A stretch of 64,000 nucleotides of DNA, from assembly GCA_003344405.1 (NCBI GenBank), contig NOWV01000131.1, positions 62,001 through 126,000 on the forward strand, given 5' to 3'. The notes below the pieces were generated by a model. It was not told where the DNA came from. It saw only the letters and a list, made by a program, of their open reading frames with translations, and ran no database searches. This DNA comes from Trichoplax sp. H2 (taxonomy: Eukaryota). This document shows, in pieces, positions 1-14,386 of the stretch (positions within the stretch are counted from its first letter, which is position 1; every line of letters begins with the position of its first letter). A program made the translations under genes and the position numbers.

Positions 1-363
1 ATACGTAGATTTAGTTAAATAAATGTCAATTAGGCTATCTCGAAATAAAAATAATTTGCTCAATTCTATCCAGTATCTACCTACAAGGTAGAATGGGCAA
101 AAGTATAGATACTTTCGACAGATTTATTTCATCGAGTAATTCATGATCGTATACTACGGTCCTTGCGCTATTTGTGGCATTGCCTATGGTCTACTAGACG
201 AAGATCTATATACACATATATAAATCGGTGCAAAGTGTATTATACTTGCACCATTTTCGCCATGCTATCGCATACAGAATATCGGTATAATATACTTTCG
301 ACAAATTATGGAGAAATGAAAACAAGGATTGTAAAGCAATAAGACTACAGATTCTTCACTTAC

Positions 364-543
364 CCCAAATAAGCTAACATCCAAATTGGTCAAGTATCGA
401 TCGCCTAAGAGTTTATTTTGCAATTGTGGAGTGGCTTGCGATGAATATTGCGTAGCAAATCCGAAATTAACGTTGGCAATGCAAGCAATTGATGTGACTA
501 GAATTTGTTGAGCTATTCCACGTGATAATTTCTCTTTACTCAT
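364..543 (-). CDS. GLUT8/Tret1-like sugar transporter paralog 1, first coding exon only (gene continues off the left edge)
   Basis: ATG at 543 gives MSKEKLSRG...IACIANVNFGFATQYSSQATPQL...SLFG, the TM1 motif shared with the other paralogs. It ends at a phase-0 GTAAGT donor (363-358), the same position as intron 1 in the five complete paralogs. Confidence 0.85.
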
Positions 544-863
544 AATTGATCTTCTGTAGGATGATATCTCTTCAATAAAATGATAATGGATTGCTAGAAA
601 TAAATTACTAGTGTTGGCTTTTATTCTTGATTTCTTTCGTAATCAGGATAGTGCCAGCAGAATCTGAAATGAAGCAAAAGAAAATGATAGGAAATTTTAA
701 ATATCCTATCCCATTTTCGGTGGTAATTTTTATCTACTTTCTCTACCCTATTCATTCACTATCACTTAAAATCAAATGATTTAGACGAGCAAAGGAGAAC
801 TACAAGTATCTTCATCACCCGTAGTTCCACATTTACAATATCAAGAAGAAAGTGTCGACAATA

Positions 864-1188
864 GATTGAATACTTTAAGGATTATATTCTTAAGTTACTA
901 GACATCATTACACAGTTAAAAGCAAGAGCAATTCATCCTTCTATTAGATATACCCAACTGCTAGAGGATAATCCCATTTACTGCACCTTTATCATGTCTT
1001 ATTTCATGCTACTACCACATAGATAATTTGATTGAATACTTTAACGATTACATTCTTCAATCACGAATAAAAATCAAAAGCAAAAGTAATTTGCTCTTTT
1101 CTATCAAATCTACCCGACTGCTAGAAGGGTATTTCTATTTGCATCTTACCTTATTGGGGCTACTACCAAATCAATAATTTGATAGATT
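864..1188. repeat. Degenerate direct duplication, 2 copies of about 165 bp
   Basis: GATTGAATACTTTAA..GATTA.ATTCTT...AAAAGCAA...TACCC.ACTGCTAGA...GCTACTACCA occurs at about 864 and about 1030. Confidence 0.7.
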
Positions 1189-1559
1189 AAAGCAGAGAAA
1201 GCTGAATGTATTTTGTTCAAAGTTTTGTTCCAAAATATCATACCAGACACTTATCTGAAGATATCGATTGAATATTTCTACAACGTTATTTTTAGCTACT
1301 TTAAATCTAGCCATCAATAGCTTAAGTTTACTCTAGGTATTATCATTGCTTTACATTTAAACCACTCATCAAGATCGTTATTGTATAACGAGAGAAAGGA
1401 ATGCTGCAGTTGAACTAGTAAACACTGATTTAGGTATGAGAAACTTGATTTAGCCTCAAGGTAAAGCACCTTATTCTAGAGTTTCTTACTGAATAATAGG
1501 AATAAAGAGTATGATGACGAAATAATCATGACTAAGCTAAATTGGCTTGTTAACTAAAA

Positions 1560-2140
1560 AGGCCATCTCCTAAACATGGTCATAGCGAGATGATATTGAG
1601 AATACTAAATAAGCTGAAGTCTTTCAGAACTTGGTCATGAAAATGATCATGTTCTACAATAATAATCAATTATTTACGATCTTTTAGAACATAGTCAGGA
1701 AGCGATCAAGTTGAAGAGTTATTTAATAGACCAAATGTTTTATGTAATGGATGGAAAAATTCTTTCAGAACATCATCATAAAACGATCATGATAAAAAAT
1801 GACTTAACAAGCCAAAAATATCCCGAGTAATAAATAAGAAAACTCTTTCATAACAATTGAAGAACCATTTAATAAGCCAAAATATCCTGCGTAATAAGTT
1901 AAAAAAAGTCTTTTTAACAGGACCATAAAATAATCATACTGAATAAATAGCTAGAATTCTTTGAACATGGTCACAAAACGACCATATTGAAGAATTATTT
2001 CAGCAAATATTCTGAAGAAAAATCTTTCAGAATAGGGTGCCCTATGTAATAAATAGGAAATTTTTCAGAATAGGGTCATGATAAAGGATCATCTAAATAG
2101 ACAAAATGCTCTATGTAATAAATAGGAAAATTTTTCAGAA
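1560..2140. repeat. Degenerate minisatellite with about 60-90 bp units
   Basis: Recurrent TTTCAGAA(C/T)ATGGTCAT..AA.GATCAT and TATGTAATAAATAGGAAA blocks. Confidence 0.65.
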
Positions 2141-2334
2141 TTGCGATCCTATCCCCCATTAGTCATAACCGAGAAAGAAACATCTTTCGTACATGTAGTA
2201 AAATATCTATTGATTTCTTTACCTAGAACCTATTGATGATTGCTGTATTATGATGCCTGCCCAAGTAACTAAAGCAACAAGGGAATATGATTACTTACAT
2301 AATCAATTTTAATTACAATTAATGCGAAAGGAAA

Positions 2335-3130
2335 AAAAAATTCTAAACCTTGCAAAGTACAGCATACTATTACGTTAATTTTAATTGAAAGCAATGCAGC
2401 AAGGACAAAAAACTTCTAAACCTTTTAAAATTATAGCAAAATATTACAGGATCATTCTTACTCACGTAGTAGACTAGTAGATTACACAATAAAGAGAGTA
2501 AAGAAGGACAAAAAACTGCTCTTATACCTTGCAAAGTGCAATATTACAACATTATTCTCACTCATGTAATAGACTAGAAGATTATCAGCGAAAGAAATAA
2601 AAAGGACAGAAACTACTTCTAAACCTTGCAAAGTATAGCCTAATATTACAGTACCATTCTCACTCATGTAATAGATTAGAAGATTATACAATAAAAGGAA
2701 TAAAGAATGACAGTAACCACTTCCAAACCTGTCAAAGACAGCATAATATCACGCCATCATTCTCACTTATGTAATAGACTAGCAGATTATAAAATAAAAG
2801 GAATAAAGAAGGCCAGAAACTACTTCTAAACCCTGCAAAGTACAGCATAGTATTACACCATCATTCTCACTCATATAATAGAGTAGAAGATTATACAATG
2901 AAAGGAATGAAGAAGAATAGAAGCTACTTCTACACTTTGCAAAATCAGCATAATGTTAAATGATCATTCTCATCCTGTAATAGATTAGAAGATTATACAA
3001 TAAAAGGAATAAAAGAAAGGGTAGAAAAATAGTAAACTACTTCTAAATCTTGCAAAGTACAACATATTATTACAGCATCATTCTCATCTACATAATTGAC
3101 TAGAAGATTATACAATATAAGGATTAACCA
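2335..3130. repeat. Tandem repeat, about 8 copies of a ~100 bp unit
   Basis: Unit approximates ACTACTTCTAAACCTTGCAAAGTACAGCATAATATTAC..CATTCTCACTCATGTAATAGACTAGAAGATTATACAATAAAAGGAATAAAGAAGGAC. Copies start near 2341, 2413, 2520, 2617, 2721, 2824, 2927 and 3041. Confidence 0.9.
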
Positions 3131-4159
3131 AAGGATAGGAAGATAGTAAACTAGCAAGCCTTAAGATTTCTATTCTATCTGGGGTTATGGTATGACAAAA
3201 AAGAGAAAAGAAAGAAGGTATGGGATTGTATCATAAAAATCAATGTAGATACATTTATCTAGTTTATGCCCACCTATTGATTTTTAAAAGAACAGAAAGC
3301 AAACAACTATTACGTTAAACAGCTGTATTTCTTCTTTATTGACTTAATGTCAATAACTTTTAGTCCAATTTCTGAATTGTATAATAACTCTCTCATGTCA
3401 AATTCATCCCTTAGTCTTCTTAAATCATCAACAAATACGCGTAAGAACGTATATTCAAATAGTCGAGTCTATCCATCGTCTAACTACAATTTAATCCGCC
3501 CAACGACAAGTTTACTACTTACGTTAGTAAATTAACCTACAATAGATAGTGTAAAACCAAGAAAATGATGAAAGTGATGTCATAGCGTTTCTTATTTACT
3601 CATCATTTAATTAATGTAGTGCCACTATTCGAGATAAGATCAAGACAAGAGATTGAGTCAATGACAATCGAAGGAGAGGATGATATCGATATATATGTAT
3701 TAAGAAAACCTTAATATGATCAAAGTAGATTGTCAATACGAAGTAAAACAGGTCAAAGAGACTCCAACTTTGATTTAAGAACGTCTTTGTTCAACACGAA
3801 ATAAAAATATACACATCAGTTCTGCGGGTTGTTATTATTTGAATGATAAAATTAATTCCTAATTAAAGCCAGTTAAAATATTATTTTATCCATTAGCAGT
3901 ACTAGACAGCGATCATATTAATCATGAGATAGAGTCTATCTTTAAGGATTCCAGGAAAGCTGCAGGACAGATGTCAAATGGAAGTAGTACTACTCAAGTA
4001 TAGTTTATGGCCATCATGAATTTGCATGAATCGTACTAAAGCTACAGGATGAGCAGGATATCCGTCAAAATGTCAGCTTGACAAGTATGCCAATGTAATT
4101 AGAGAAGATGAACGGGGCTAAATGATCAAGATGGAGCATAACAAGGTTATACGATGAGA

Positions 4160-4620
4160 GCTAGCGATGGATTCACGCTAAGAAGCTAGCTATGGAGTAA
4201 AGAAAACGCATTCGATATTCTATAGAGTTGAAATGACAGTCTTTGAGACATTCAGAATAGGAAAGCTAGCTTCCAGATGAGCAAGACCTTGTAAAATTAT
4301 GAAATTCGGTGTAGCGATGGATTCAGTATGAGAAGCTAGCCTCCAGACGAGCAAGATGTTATAAAATTATGAAATTCAATACAGCGATGCATTTAGTGAG
4401 AGAATTTAGTTATAAATGAGTAAGATGAAATAAATTGATGTAAGGACGACGAAAATTAAGTTAGAGCTAGCAACAAGATCAACATGATTACAATTCAGTG
4501 AAATTCAGTGCAGCGATGCATTCAATATGAAAAGTTACTTATAAGTAAGCAAGATGAAATATATTGATGCTAGGATGATGAAATTAGACTTGGTAATACG
4601 TTCAAGATAGGAAGTTAGGT
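4160..4620. repeat. Degenerate tandem repeat with about 65-130 bp units
   Basis: Recurrent AGCGATG(G/C)ATT(C/T)A..A(T/G)GAGAAG..AG....AGATGAGCAAGA and AAATTATGAAATTC. Confidence 0.65.
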
Positions 4621-7469
4621 ATAGCAGTAAGTTGATTCTCATGCCAAGGCTATAAATTGGACTATGAATTTAGAATAGGAAAGCTAGTAACATGAACAGC
4701 ATGGCTATAATAGTATCATAGAGTGCTAAAACTAGAGCTCATGATCGATCCAAGATCGAAAATGACAAGGTGAGCCAAATGCACTATATACAGTATATCA
4801 AACGGATATCTTGATCGGCCGATAGCGAAAGTGAATCATTTTTTTAATGATGGGAAACTACATTCACAACTAGACTGCAATAGAATTTTTTCAAAGTTAT
4901 ACCTTTAAACTTGATGATGCATTAAATAATATAGTAAAATGTAGTCATTGATGGTAACCTATACGTTTCAGAGCTACAATTGCTCTATGTAACGGATTAG
5001 TAACGAGAAAGTGCGACAAAATATTTAAGGTCAATGAAAAGGCATTTAAAATCGCTCCTATAAAATTGACAACACTTGCTGTTTCTACATGTGTTAAGAA
5101 TGAGATGATTACTAATAACGTCTAGGTGTTATGCATGTAAGAATACAGTAACTTGTTGTGCTGCACATAATGTGTTGTCATAAGATCAGGCAATGAATTG
5201 CTAATATAAGGCTCGTATAATATGTTATTACGGCTATACTATTTAAATTCAGTAAATCCTAAATAAAAAGAGATTTTTAGTAAGCTTACTAGGCGGAGTG
5301 TATTGAAGCCCTTCGTGACAACGTCAACGACTAAGAGTGGAAACACAACGTAGGTAATAAATAATTCTACTCTCTATTGCTCCAAGTAAGTCAGATAACA
5401 TAGACACTTTCAGTATGAAATAAAGGCTAAAATAAAAAACGTGTATAAAAATGTATTTATATTAGGATCAAGATTGATAAGGATGGCTATAATGTTATAA
5501 AACGCTATAAACATTAGTACGAGAGATGGCGACAGTTTTCTTGATATATTAAAAATTAAATGGATCGATATTGAATAAAAATCCATCAAGATGACCATTT
5601 CTATCTCCTACTGAAGCGATCTTCTGCATCACTTCTGTAAAAGTGGCTAATAACTATAACATTAAATGAGATATTCCTGAAATAACAATCCTTGAGGTAG
5701 AGCAAGGATAAGGGTCAGGAAATGAGAAAAGATTATGTTGTAGAATGTTGTTGTTTCCAATACAATATTAAATCGAACATGACGGAAATGACAGCCTCTA
5801 CTATACGCTATATCAGTAAGAAGTTGCTTGGGCTTAGAAGTATGAAATCAATGTCGTTAATACGTATTCGAAACGAGATTAAAAGACAACAAGATATCCC
5901 AGTAAAGAAGTCATTTGATGAGAAATACGAGGCATAAAGTGTGTAATTTAATACGTAGTTAATAGGTACTACTAAAGGATACAATATGAATATCTTGAAT
6001 TGATATCATAATATACTAATCTATATGAATAAAGTAGCAGGAGCAAGCGGAACAAGTAAAAAAGTACTCAGTTATAACGATAGAAGTAAAAAATTAGGAT
6101 GGTCGTAACGAAAATAACACTAGTTTACTTTGTTGGAAACTGAAAGAGATTGATAGCCAAGTTTGGGGCCATCTAACATCCATCTAAGATGCTCTAATGT
6201 CGTCAATTATGGCTATCACAAATACGTGTAGGAATGCTACTCAATGACTAAATCACTGATATAGGATAAGATTTACAACAAAATCAAGAACGGAACTTCG
6301 ATGTACTGTATCCGAAACTGTTTAAAACATAGCTGACGAAACATAATTGCAAATTCTATAACAGATGAGTGACTACTGTCATGACGGAGGAATTCTATTT
6401 CATTTTCTTGTCCAATAACAGCAAAATACGTCAATAAACTGTAGCTTAGCTCTCGTTCGAAAAATCAATTAGTCATTTACGCTATCCTTCAGTTATAACG
6501 GACATAATTGGTTGATTCTCAATTAATTAGTGTTACTAACCCTGACATGGACCAAGCAAGATTTTGATTTACGATGGCGAAAATGCCGTCAAGCCATCAT
6601 CAACCCTATTTATGCAGCCAATATTCATCACTTGGCCAATAATCGATATAGCTTTAAAAATTTAAAAGCACTGTCTGGATACTTTAATTAGACAAAAAGA
6701 TAGACAATAGCTATATACAAAATAGCTAACCCTGGATAGTGCTCCTAATCGACTGCTAGCCAATTAATCATTTCTACTTTACAATGTAACGATCACTTTA
6801 TTTAAGAACTAGTTAATGACTATTGCTTCCATCACTTTTATTCTGAACTAGTTACCTAACATTGACACAAATAGAAGAAAAGGCCTTATAACACAAAAAG
6901 AAATAATGACTGTATTATCTATGGTAACTATTGTTTATTAACAATCACCGTCGGTAGATAATAAAGTTCTTATCACCATATCTATCGATCGATAAACGAT
7001 AATGTAGAGAATACATGATGCTGTTATCTTAACAATAAACTGTTCATGCAAACGGAGCTACTATTTCAATGAATTAATAAACTGATTTTCCAAGGCTTTA
7101 GCTATCCTTCTACTGGGATGCAAACTCTGAGAAAATAGTGTCGTTTAATATGGAAATGATTGATCTAAAGTTTGAAAAAATATCTTACAGCATCGTATTC
7201 TTGTCATTAAAAGATTACCCTTTTAAATCAATGAGTATGAAATATTTATGATGATTGCGGGAAATAAGAGGGAGTAAGTAATTATCATGTGTCAAGATTG
7301 AATTTCATCGTAGCTATTGAAAGAATGAACGTCGTATTTTACTCGTATGAGTATGTAAAGTTGAAGCTGCAATAATGCTTTTTCGTCCATACTCCTTTCT
7401 AATCTTTTTTAATCTAATCTTTCATTAAATCTTGCATTTATAACATCAAGCATTTAATTGTGAACAACG

Positions 7470-7790
7470 CTGATTGCAACGATACCATCTGATCAGACAA
7501 AGGATTAATTATTCCTTGCTGTCCTGTAAATCATGTGCGAAGCGCGTTAAATGTTTACATAATTATATCGGAGAAAATATGAAAATCAATCACAACACAT
7601 GCACCCATACCCTCTGATCAGATAACGGATTAATTATTCCGCGTTGTGATATAAATCGTGTGCAAAGTGAGTAAATTTTCACACTATTACATCGGGAAAA
7701 TATTAAAATCAATCACAACTTATTGCACCGTTACCTTCTGATCAGACAGCGGATTAACTATTCCACGCTGTGCGGTAAATCATGTACAAA
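7470..7790. repeat. Tandem repeat, about 2.5 copies of ~125 bp
   Basis: TCTGATCAGA...GGATTAA.TATTCC...TAAATC.TGT starts at 7488, 7613 and 7737. Confidence 0.85.
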
Positions 7791-8675
7791 GGTTAATTTA
7801 GAAAGAAAAAATAGAAGAACTTGGCATTAATTGTACGAGCCATGAGCCATATGAAAAGGAATATCCATCACCGAGTCATATTAACACAGCAGTTGACAAT
7901 TTTCATTACTATTCTAGCATTATTGTTCAATCTACCTATCCAATATACTGTAAATAGAAGACATGTGAATCAGAAATAATACACTAAGAATGAGCTAGGA
8001 TTATTTACTATCATGGGTACATTCCTGCAACTTTTACTAAATAAATGTAGGATGTCTAGGAATTATTTATGAAGATTAGATAGAGCAATCTAATTTTTTT
8101 GGAGTCTAGTTTAGTTAATAGAATAATTATCTGAGAAAGACAGATGCAGCACTTATTTATAAAGGTGATCTATATTAAAATTAAATATTAAAGATTAGTA
8201 GGATGATATACACTGATTAAAAGTTGTACCAGGTATGCACATCATTGAGAATTTTTTAATCATTTATAGAATAATAATAAAACGAAAATATCAATAATCT
8301 CAGCGTGCTGTGCATCATGCACAGCAGATTCACCTCGTTGATAATAAAACGATATTAGCCTTACGATGTCAACTTTATACTAGTTAATGAAATAATTATA
8401 ACCAATAACTTCCAATTCCAGAAAAAATGAATACATCATACGTATCTGATATTTTCTGTAGTCGCATAAAAAACTAGACAAAAAATGCGCCAAATTTGCA
8501 ATAATTCGAGTTATAAAGGGTCCAGCAACTTGCTTCATTCAGAGTTATTAATACTTATCTTATAAAAATAATAGCTTTGTAATAAATTATTGTAGAAACA
8601 AATTTCATATTTTCATACATTTACAAACATTGTAAAGGACGCTATATTGTTCATTAATGTAATTCATATGCAAAA

Positions 8676-11600
8676 TTATCTATTAATTGACCAAGATTGA
8701 GATTTATCAAAAGCTCTCTGGCCACCAGTAAGATCGCTTCCATATGATAGATGAGGTTCTTCAATGGGTAAATCTGGATCGAATGATTGCTGTATTTGCT
8801 CTAGTGTTTTTCCTTTAGTCTCTGGCAAATAGTAATAGATGAAGAACTCGCTAGCGAGTGTACATCCTGCAAATAGCCAAAATCCACCTTGTTTAGTAAG
8901 ACCCTTTTCAATATCTATAAAAAAGAAGACAACTAAAAAGCCACTTGTCCAGTTTAAGCAAGCAATTAAACTACTGGCAATTCCTCGAGCTTTAGTTGGT
9001 AGCAATTCCGACATAAGCAACCAAGGTATAGCTGACCAGCCCAAAGCAAAAAACATCAAAAATAAAACAACGCTGACAATAGCTAGCCAATCCAATTTTA
9101 ATGGCGTACTTTCCTTTAATTGGAAGAAAAGACCGAAAAGACCACAGCTTATAACAATTCCAGCCCCTGATATCATGAGTAGTATTTTCCTACCAGCTCT
9201 ATCAATAAATGGGACGGCTAGTATAGTAGCAAATAATTGTACGGCATTGGCTATAAGGTTAACCTACACACGCATGAATAAATAGAATCAATCAAGAAAC
9301 TACCGTATTTATTTAACTACTAGATTATTTTATCAATCCTACCATTTGCAAATAGTATTCTATATTATAGTTAATTTAGCTACTTTACTGTAACCATTGG
9401 ATATGAAATAATTACTTACAATTAAGCTATCTTTGAATCCTGCTTGATTAAATATTGATGTACAGTAGTAGTAAATAGCATTAAATCCAGTAAATTGCTG
9501 GAACAACATACAAGCTATAGCTATCATAAATGGTTTAACTAATGGAGGTCTAAACAATTCACAGAGATCCATCGTTGGCGTATTCTTATGCATTTCTTCA
9601 ATTTCTGTTAGTTCAACATAGATATTGGCCTCATCACCATGTAGCCATCTGGTAAGATTTTAAAGTTAAACGAGATAAATTTAATATCCATTTTAATATT
9701 AACCGTACCTAACGATAGTGATTTCTCAGGTAGCTGTATTATAATAATGATATACTACTACTCTATGGTTATTATTATAGTTGTATTAATATATTTTTAT
9801 AAAGTTTTAAGTATGATGCCGCTTGATTGAGTGCGACAGATGTGCGAAAGTATATGGGCTAGAAGAGCATAGGGTGATAATTTTGTGACTTTCTGACAGT
9901 ATTGTAACCCCAAAAAATAGACTTTTGCAATATATCTCGTAAAACAATTCAAATTGACTCATCTATAAAAGTTCTAGCGTATAACATTAGTAAAATAGGA
10001 TATGAGAAGATTGGATAATTTTCTTAGTTTTATTTATCTGGAATATAGCGTATTCGTTACCAATCCTAATTGATATTATCACATAACTTTTCAAGAATAT
10101 CTGATTTATGTCATTGATAACACTGTTAAAACACAATCCGAGTCACAGTTATTGCTGATATTAAGATTATAAGCCCATAGTTGTAATCAATTTATATTTG
10201 AAGCTAACTCATTAAATTGCAGCTATTGTACAATTGAAGTCTGTACCATATTTCTATCGCATATTAGTAAATATAACATATGTAGGTTGAGTAAATTTAT
10301 TTAGGAGATCTTTCGATCCTCATTGCTACTGTTTCAATCGTATCGGATTGATTTTTTTAATATAATACAAACAGTGCGACCAATATTATTAGAAAGGTAA
10401 ATTCTCAATTGTATTCGGTTCATGTTCTAGTCTAACCGATACAAATCAAGTATACGCGTAAAACAGGTTATCTCTATTCTCCGATAGTAAAATAGGGTAT
10501 TCAATATAATATCTTGTTCTATTGCTAGGAATGTGAGAGTCTCCAAACTTACCTTAAACAGTCAATAGCTTCTTTTAGACGGCCTTGGCTGACTAGAAAA
10601 CGTGGACTTTCTGGTAGTAGGATCATACCGATAGCAAGTACTAATATTGGAATTCCTGCTATTACAGCTAAATATCTCCACTTGACCAATACGGATAGAG
10701 CGGCACAAGATAATGATCCAATGGCAATTAACAGAGAAGTTAGAAAAAGAAGACTTCCACGGATATCTGGGGTAGATATTTCTGCAAGGTAAATCTAAAA
10801 GTATTGATATGTATATCAGAGCAAATCTCGCAATATATGCTAATACAATACGAATTGTGATATAGAAAGTGTATGCGATAGTCAATATTAAAATGAAGAC
10901 AATTGATAGTTAATAACTAAATAACGAACGCCTTTATGATTAGAGATATCAAATCCATACTATATCTTACTGGAACTGCCAGAGACGATATTCCAACCCC
11001 TATTCCACATAGTGTTCGTCCAACCAGTAAATGCCATACTGCTGTCGCGTATGCAATTAACAGCCAGCCAGCCATTGAAGGTATTGAAGACAAAATCAAG
11101 GTCGAACGTCGACCAAGTTGATCACTAATTTTGCCGCCAATTAAGGCACCACCTGCTGCACCAATAGCTAATAAAGACTTTGCAAGAAACGAATAAGTAA
11201 TATCAATTATAATTCGTATCTCTAATTGTTGCAGAAACGAATTAAGAGAGTTCTACTGTTTCGTCAGTAATAGACTATTTTAGATTTATCTATGATTTGA
11301 ACCGTTTAATATTGTCGTTATTACATTATTAGTAGAAATTATAAATTAGAAAATAACGATCACGAAGATGAAATAAATGAGTTAAAATCCTAGCTTTCAG
11401 TAAATCTCAAAATTTCTCATGTTCGATTAATTCTATCGTAGTTTAAGTTGCGATTCAAAATTATCCTTAAATAACTACTTAATAGTTACGGAACAGGTTA
11501 GAATATATAGTAGCAGATTCAGTTGAAGCAATTCAACAAGGTTAAAATAACGACTCTAGTTGTAAGCATTTATGTCGAGTTGAAATCGTTATAGCATAAA

Positions 11601-11876
11601 CATAGATTTAGATCGATTTCATCTATACGCGTATATTGGGGTTATCAACTCACTAACCGCGAATAAAGAAGTATTTCCAGATGATAGATAGAGATTTCCA
11701 GCGCTCGGTATAGTCAACTGTGGTATGGTAGGAGAGGAATATTGCAAGCTATAACCTACTACAAAGGAGGCTATACAGGCGATAAAAGAAGCAAAATACA
11801 ATTTGATCGATCTACATAAATGTTTACCATTATTACTAGAGGATTTATAACTATATTCGTCCTCTAAAAGCGACAT
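8676..11876 (-). CDS. GLUT8/Tret1-like MFS sugar transporter paralog 2, about 494 aa, 5 coding exons
   Basis: Exons 11876-11658, 11177-10971, 10794-10553, 9648-9420, 9263-8676. All introns are GT-AG with phases 0,0,2,0, and the spliced frame is open (1485 nt). Motifs: LGRR, YLAEIS, PESPRFL, QQFTGFNAIYYY, GWSAIPWLLMSELLP, PETKGKTLEQI. Confidence 0.93.
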
Positions 11877-13959
11877 TACTGACAAAAGAAGAACAGTATT
11901 AATTCAGTTGTTAATGTTTGTTTCAATTTTCAAAACAGTATAGAGAATAGATGGTATTATTTATGGTCATTTAAAACAAGATTTGAACTTAAACTAAATC
12001 AGTGGTAAGAGTACGGTCTGTTATAGATTTTAATATGCTTTTACTATAGTATTGAATATTGAATAGGTCATATAGCATCGATTCAGTAACTCTGTATGAA
12101 GATATTACTTAACTTATCAATTGTGATGTAAGCTATTCTGTCCTATTCGATATTATATTTGGTTTATTTATTTTGATTGTTTTATTTATTGAATTTTGTT
12201 GTATATAGTATATCATCATTAAAGGTAAGTTGCTATTTTTATGCTCTTGCACCGATATTTACGTAACTATTGATGCAATCTACTATAGTATTTAGATATT
12301 TAGGTATAATTAATGTAAATACAATTTATAAAAAAGAGGCTTGCCCCTAATCTTCCCCCCCCCCTTGTAACCTTCATCTATTCAGTCCTTTTTATATCAC
12401 GGAGATTGAGAGCATAATGACGCATAAGTAGTTTATTTAATCAATTGGAAAATAAATTATTAAATAGTTGTTTTTATGGATTATAGTAAAGTTAGTACCC
12501 ATTCACGATACAGTTCTTAAATAAGTGAATTTAAAATAGATTAGGCCTGAAAATTAGTAATTATTGGGGTCTTTAATTTCTCGTAACAATTCATAATAAA
12601 GTAGAGTCGTGTCTTACTTGCGTTTAGCCTTTTCTTTTACTTTATTTAAATTACTGTCAGTACGATCACTAAAAATTAACAACGTGTCCGCAGAAGAGAA
12701 ATCGGTATCCGAACCGTGCGTAAAAGAGACTTCCTCTGTTATTGAGAACCATGCTGTACTGTTTCGCAGTCTATTCCATTATACCAATACTAAGATTGAT
12801 GATTACAATTATAATTAATTATCATAGGCTACATTAAACTGTGGCATGAACGGTATGTGAACAGCGATACAACATTATAGTGAGATAATACATATTACTA
12901 TTTCATTCTCGACAGTAATCATGTTACTCCAATTAGATATACGTTGAGATGATTTTTTTCATTCTATAGCAGCGTTCCGATACATATTTTACTCATTTAT
13001 TAATTGCCTTAGTTCTATTAAACTATTATATCCGTATGTAAGTTACAGGGTTGTTGTCATCATGTTATCGCTATTACTTTTATGCACACTTGATTAAAAC
13101 TCTTTCAAGATGATGCAACCGAGTATAAAGTTAATTAATATAGCATTATTCTGTATGAATCGAGTACTGTATCGTAATTTATTGCCCAATCCTATATTAG
13201 ACATGTTATTGATTTTACTAGTCATTCCTTTTTTAGCTACAACTAAAAGTGTATTCAAAAAGGAGGGGGGAAAGGGCCAGTAACATCTAGGACCATTTCT
13301 GCGGTGGTGATGCATGTGTAAAAGTTCAGAATCGCTGTTCTACTTGATTCCTCCTACCGATATCAGGGGTCAGTAAAATACCCTATGGCATGGTTATCAC
13401 ATTCTCTAATATCGAAGCTCGAGTATTTATCATACTAACTATACAGAATGGACATGACTGCAATAGCATAGCAATGATAGTGTGCAATGTATATTAGTTA
13501 GATGACTAGCAACTGCTCCGCTCGCTTAGCTTAGATCAGTAATCTTCTAAAATTGAAATTGCTTAATTGTTATAAAGTTACATTACATAATTGTACGCAC
13601 AGTATAAATATAGCCGACCCAAAGTTGAACGGTATTATTTTATTTTAGACATACTGTATAGATTAATATCCCACTACAGTACACCCGATCGAAAATTCTA
13701 GTATTACAGTACTGAAATATTCATTTTACGTCGATTTATACTTACGCATATAGTATGCTGTATACTGTATATCTTCTTTATACCTTACAAGTATTTGTAA
13801 ATTGAATACTACTGTATTACTTTACAAGAATTAATTCAAACTACTATGGTTAAGCTTGAATTACTACAATCTTACACTGGGATATTTATGAACAGTTGAT
13901 AGCTATTTCACTATGATAGGATGTAATGGCCTGTCTGTGTTCTGTACGTATATGTACGT

Positions 13960-14147
13960 CAGGGACTACTAAAAAAATACTGGAGAGGAACGGGACAACG
14001 AACGATCGCTGACGACTATACTAATAATTGAGAGGCTGATTCTTTTACTGGTCATTTCAACTGTATCGCATGTCTGTAAGACGGCAACTTCCAAATTGTC
14101 CTGATTGCCCGTTTGCTGTCTCCGTTTCCTTCTTTTTTCGTAGTCTG
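13960..14147. mobile_element. Possible MITE-like element with imperfect terminal inverted repeats
   Basis: Left end CAGGGACTACTAAAAAAA..GGAGAGGAACGGGACAA resembles the reverse complement of the right end, CAGACTACGAAAAAAG..GGAGACAGCAAACGGGCAA. No ORF. Confidence 0.4.
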
Positions 14148-14162
14148 TAATGTCCGTATACG

Positions 14163-14386
14163 AGTGTTACGGCCAACATCGGTAATCCCAGCGTTACCGG
14201 TAATGACGCCCGCGTTACTACGCCATTACCGGTAATGCTACCTTCTATTTCTTGGCCAATATCGGTAATGCTACTTTTGGTCTGGCCAGTATCGGTATTG
14301 GCCGCTGAATCTAACTGGCCATTACCGGTATTGGCCAGTTATTACTTGATCAATGTTGGTAATGCTACCTTTGGGCTGGCCATAAG
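14163..14386. repeat. GC-rich block of short direct and palindromic repeats (GGCCA.TA.CGGTAATGCTA / TTACCGGTAA)
   Basis: About 7 copies of CGGTA(A/T)T. Includes the near-perfect 30-bp palindrome TAACTGGCCATTACCGGTATTGGCCAGTTA. Confidence 0.7.

Noticed and set aside
2335-3130. Regular repeat array considered as CRISPR-like
   Set aside because: Whole units are homologous with no unique spacers, there are no cas genes, and the context is eukaryotic.
8839-9285. 148-aa plus-strand ORF, and similar antisense ORFs at 10936, 38113, 42708, 46292 and 60299
   Set aside because: Antisense shadows of well-supported coding exons.
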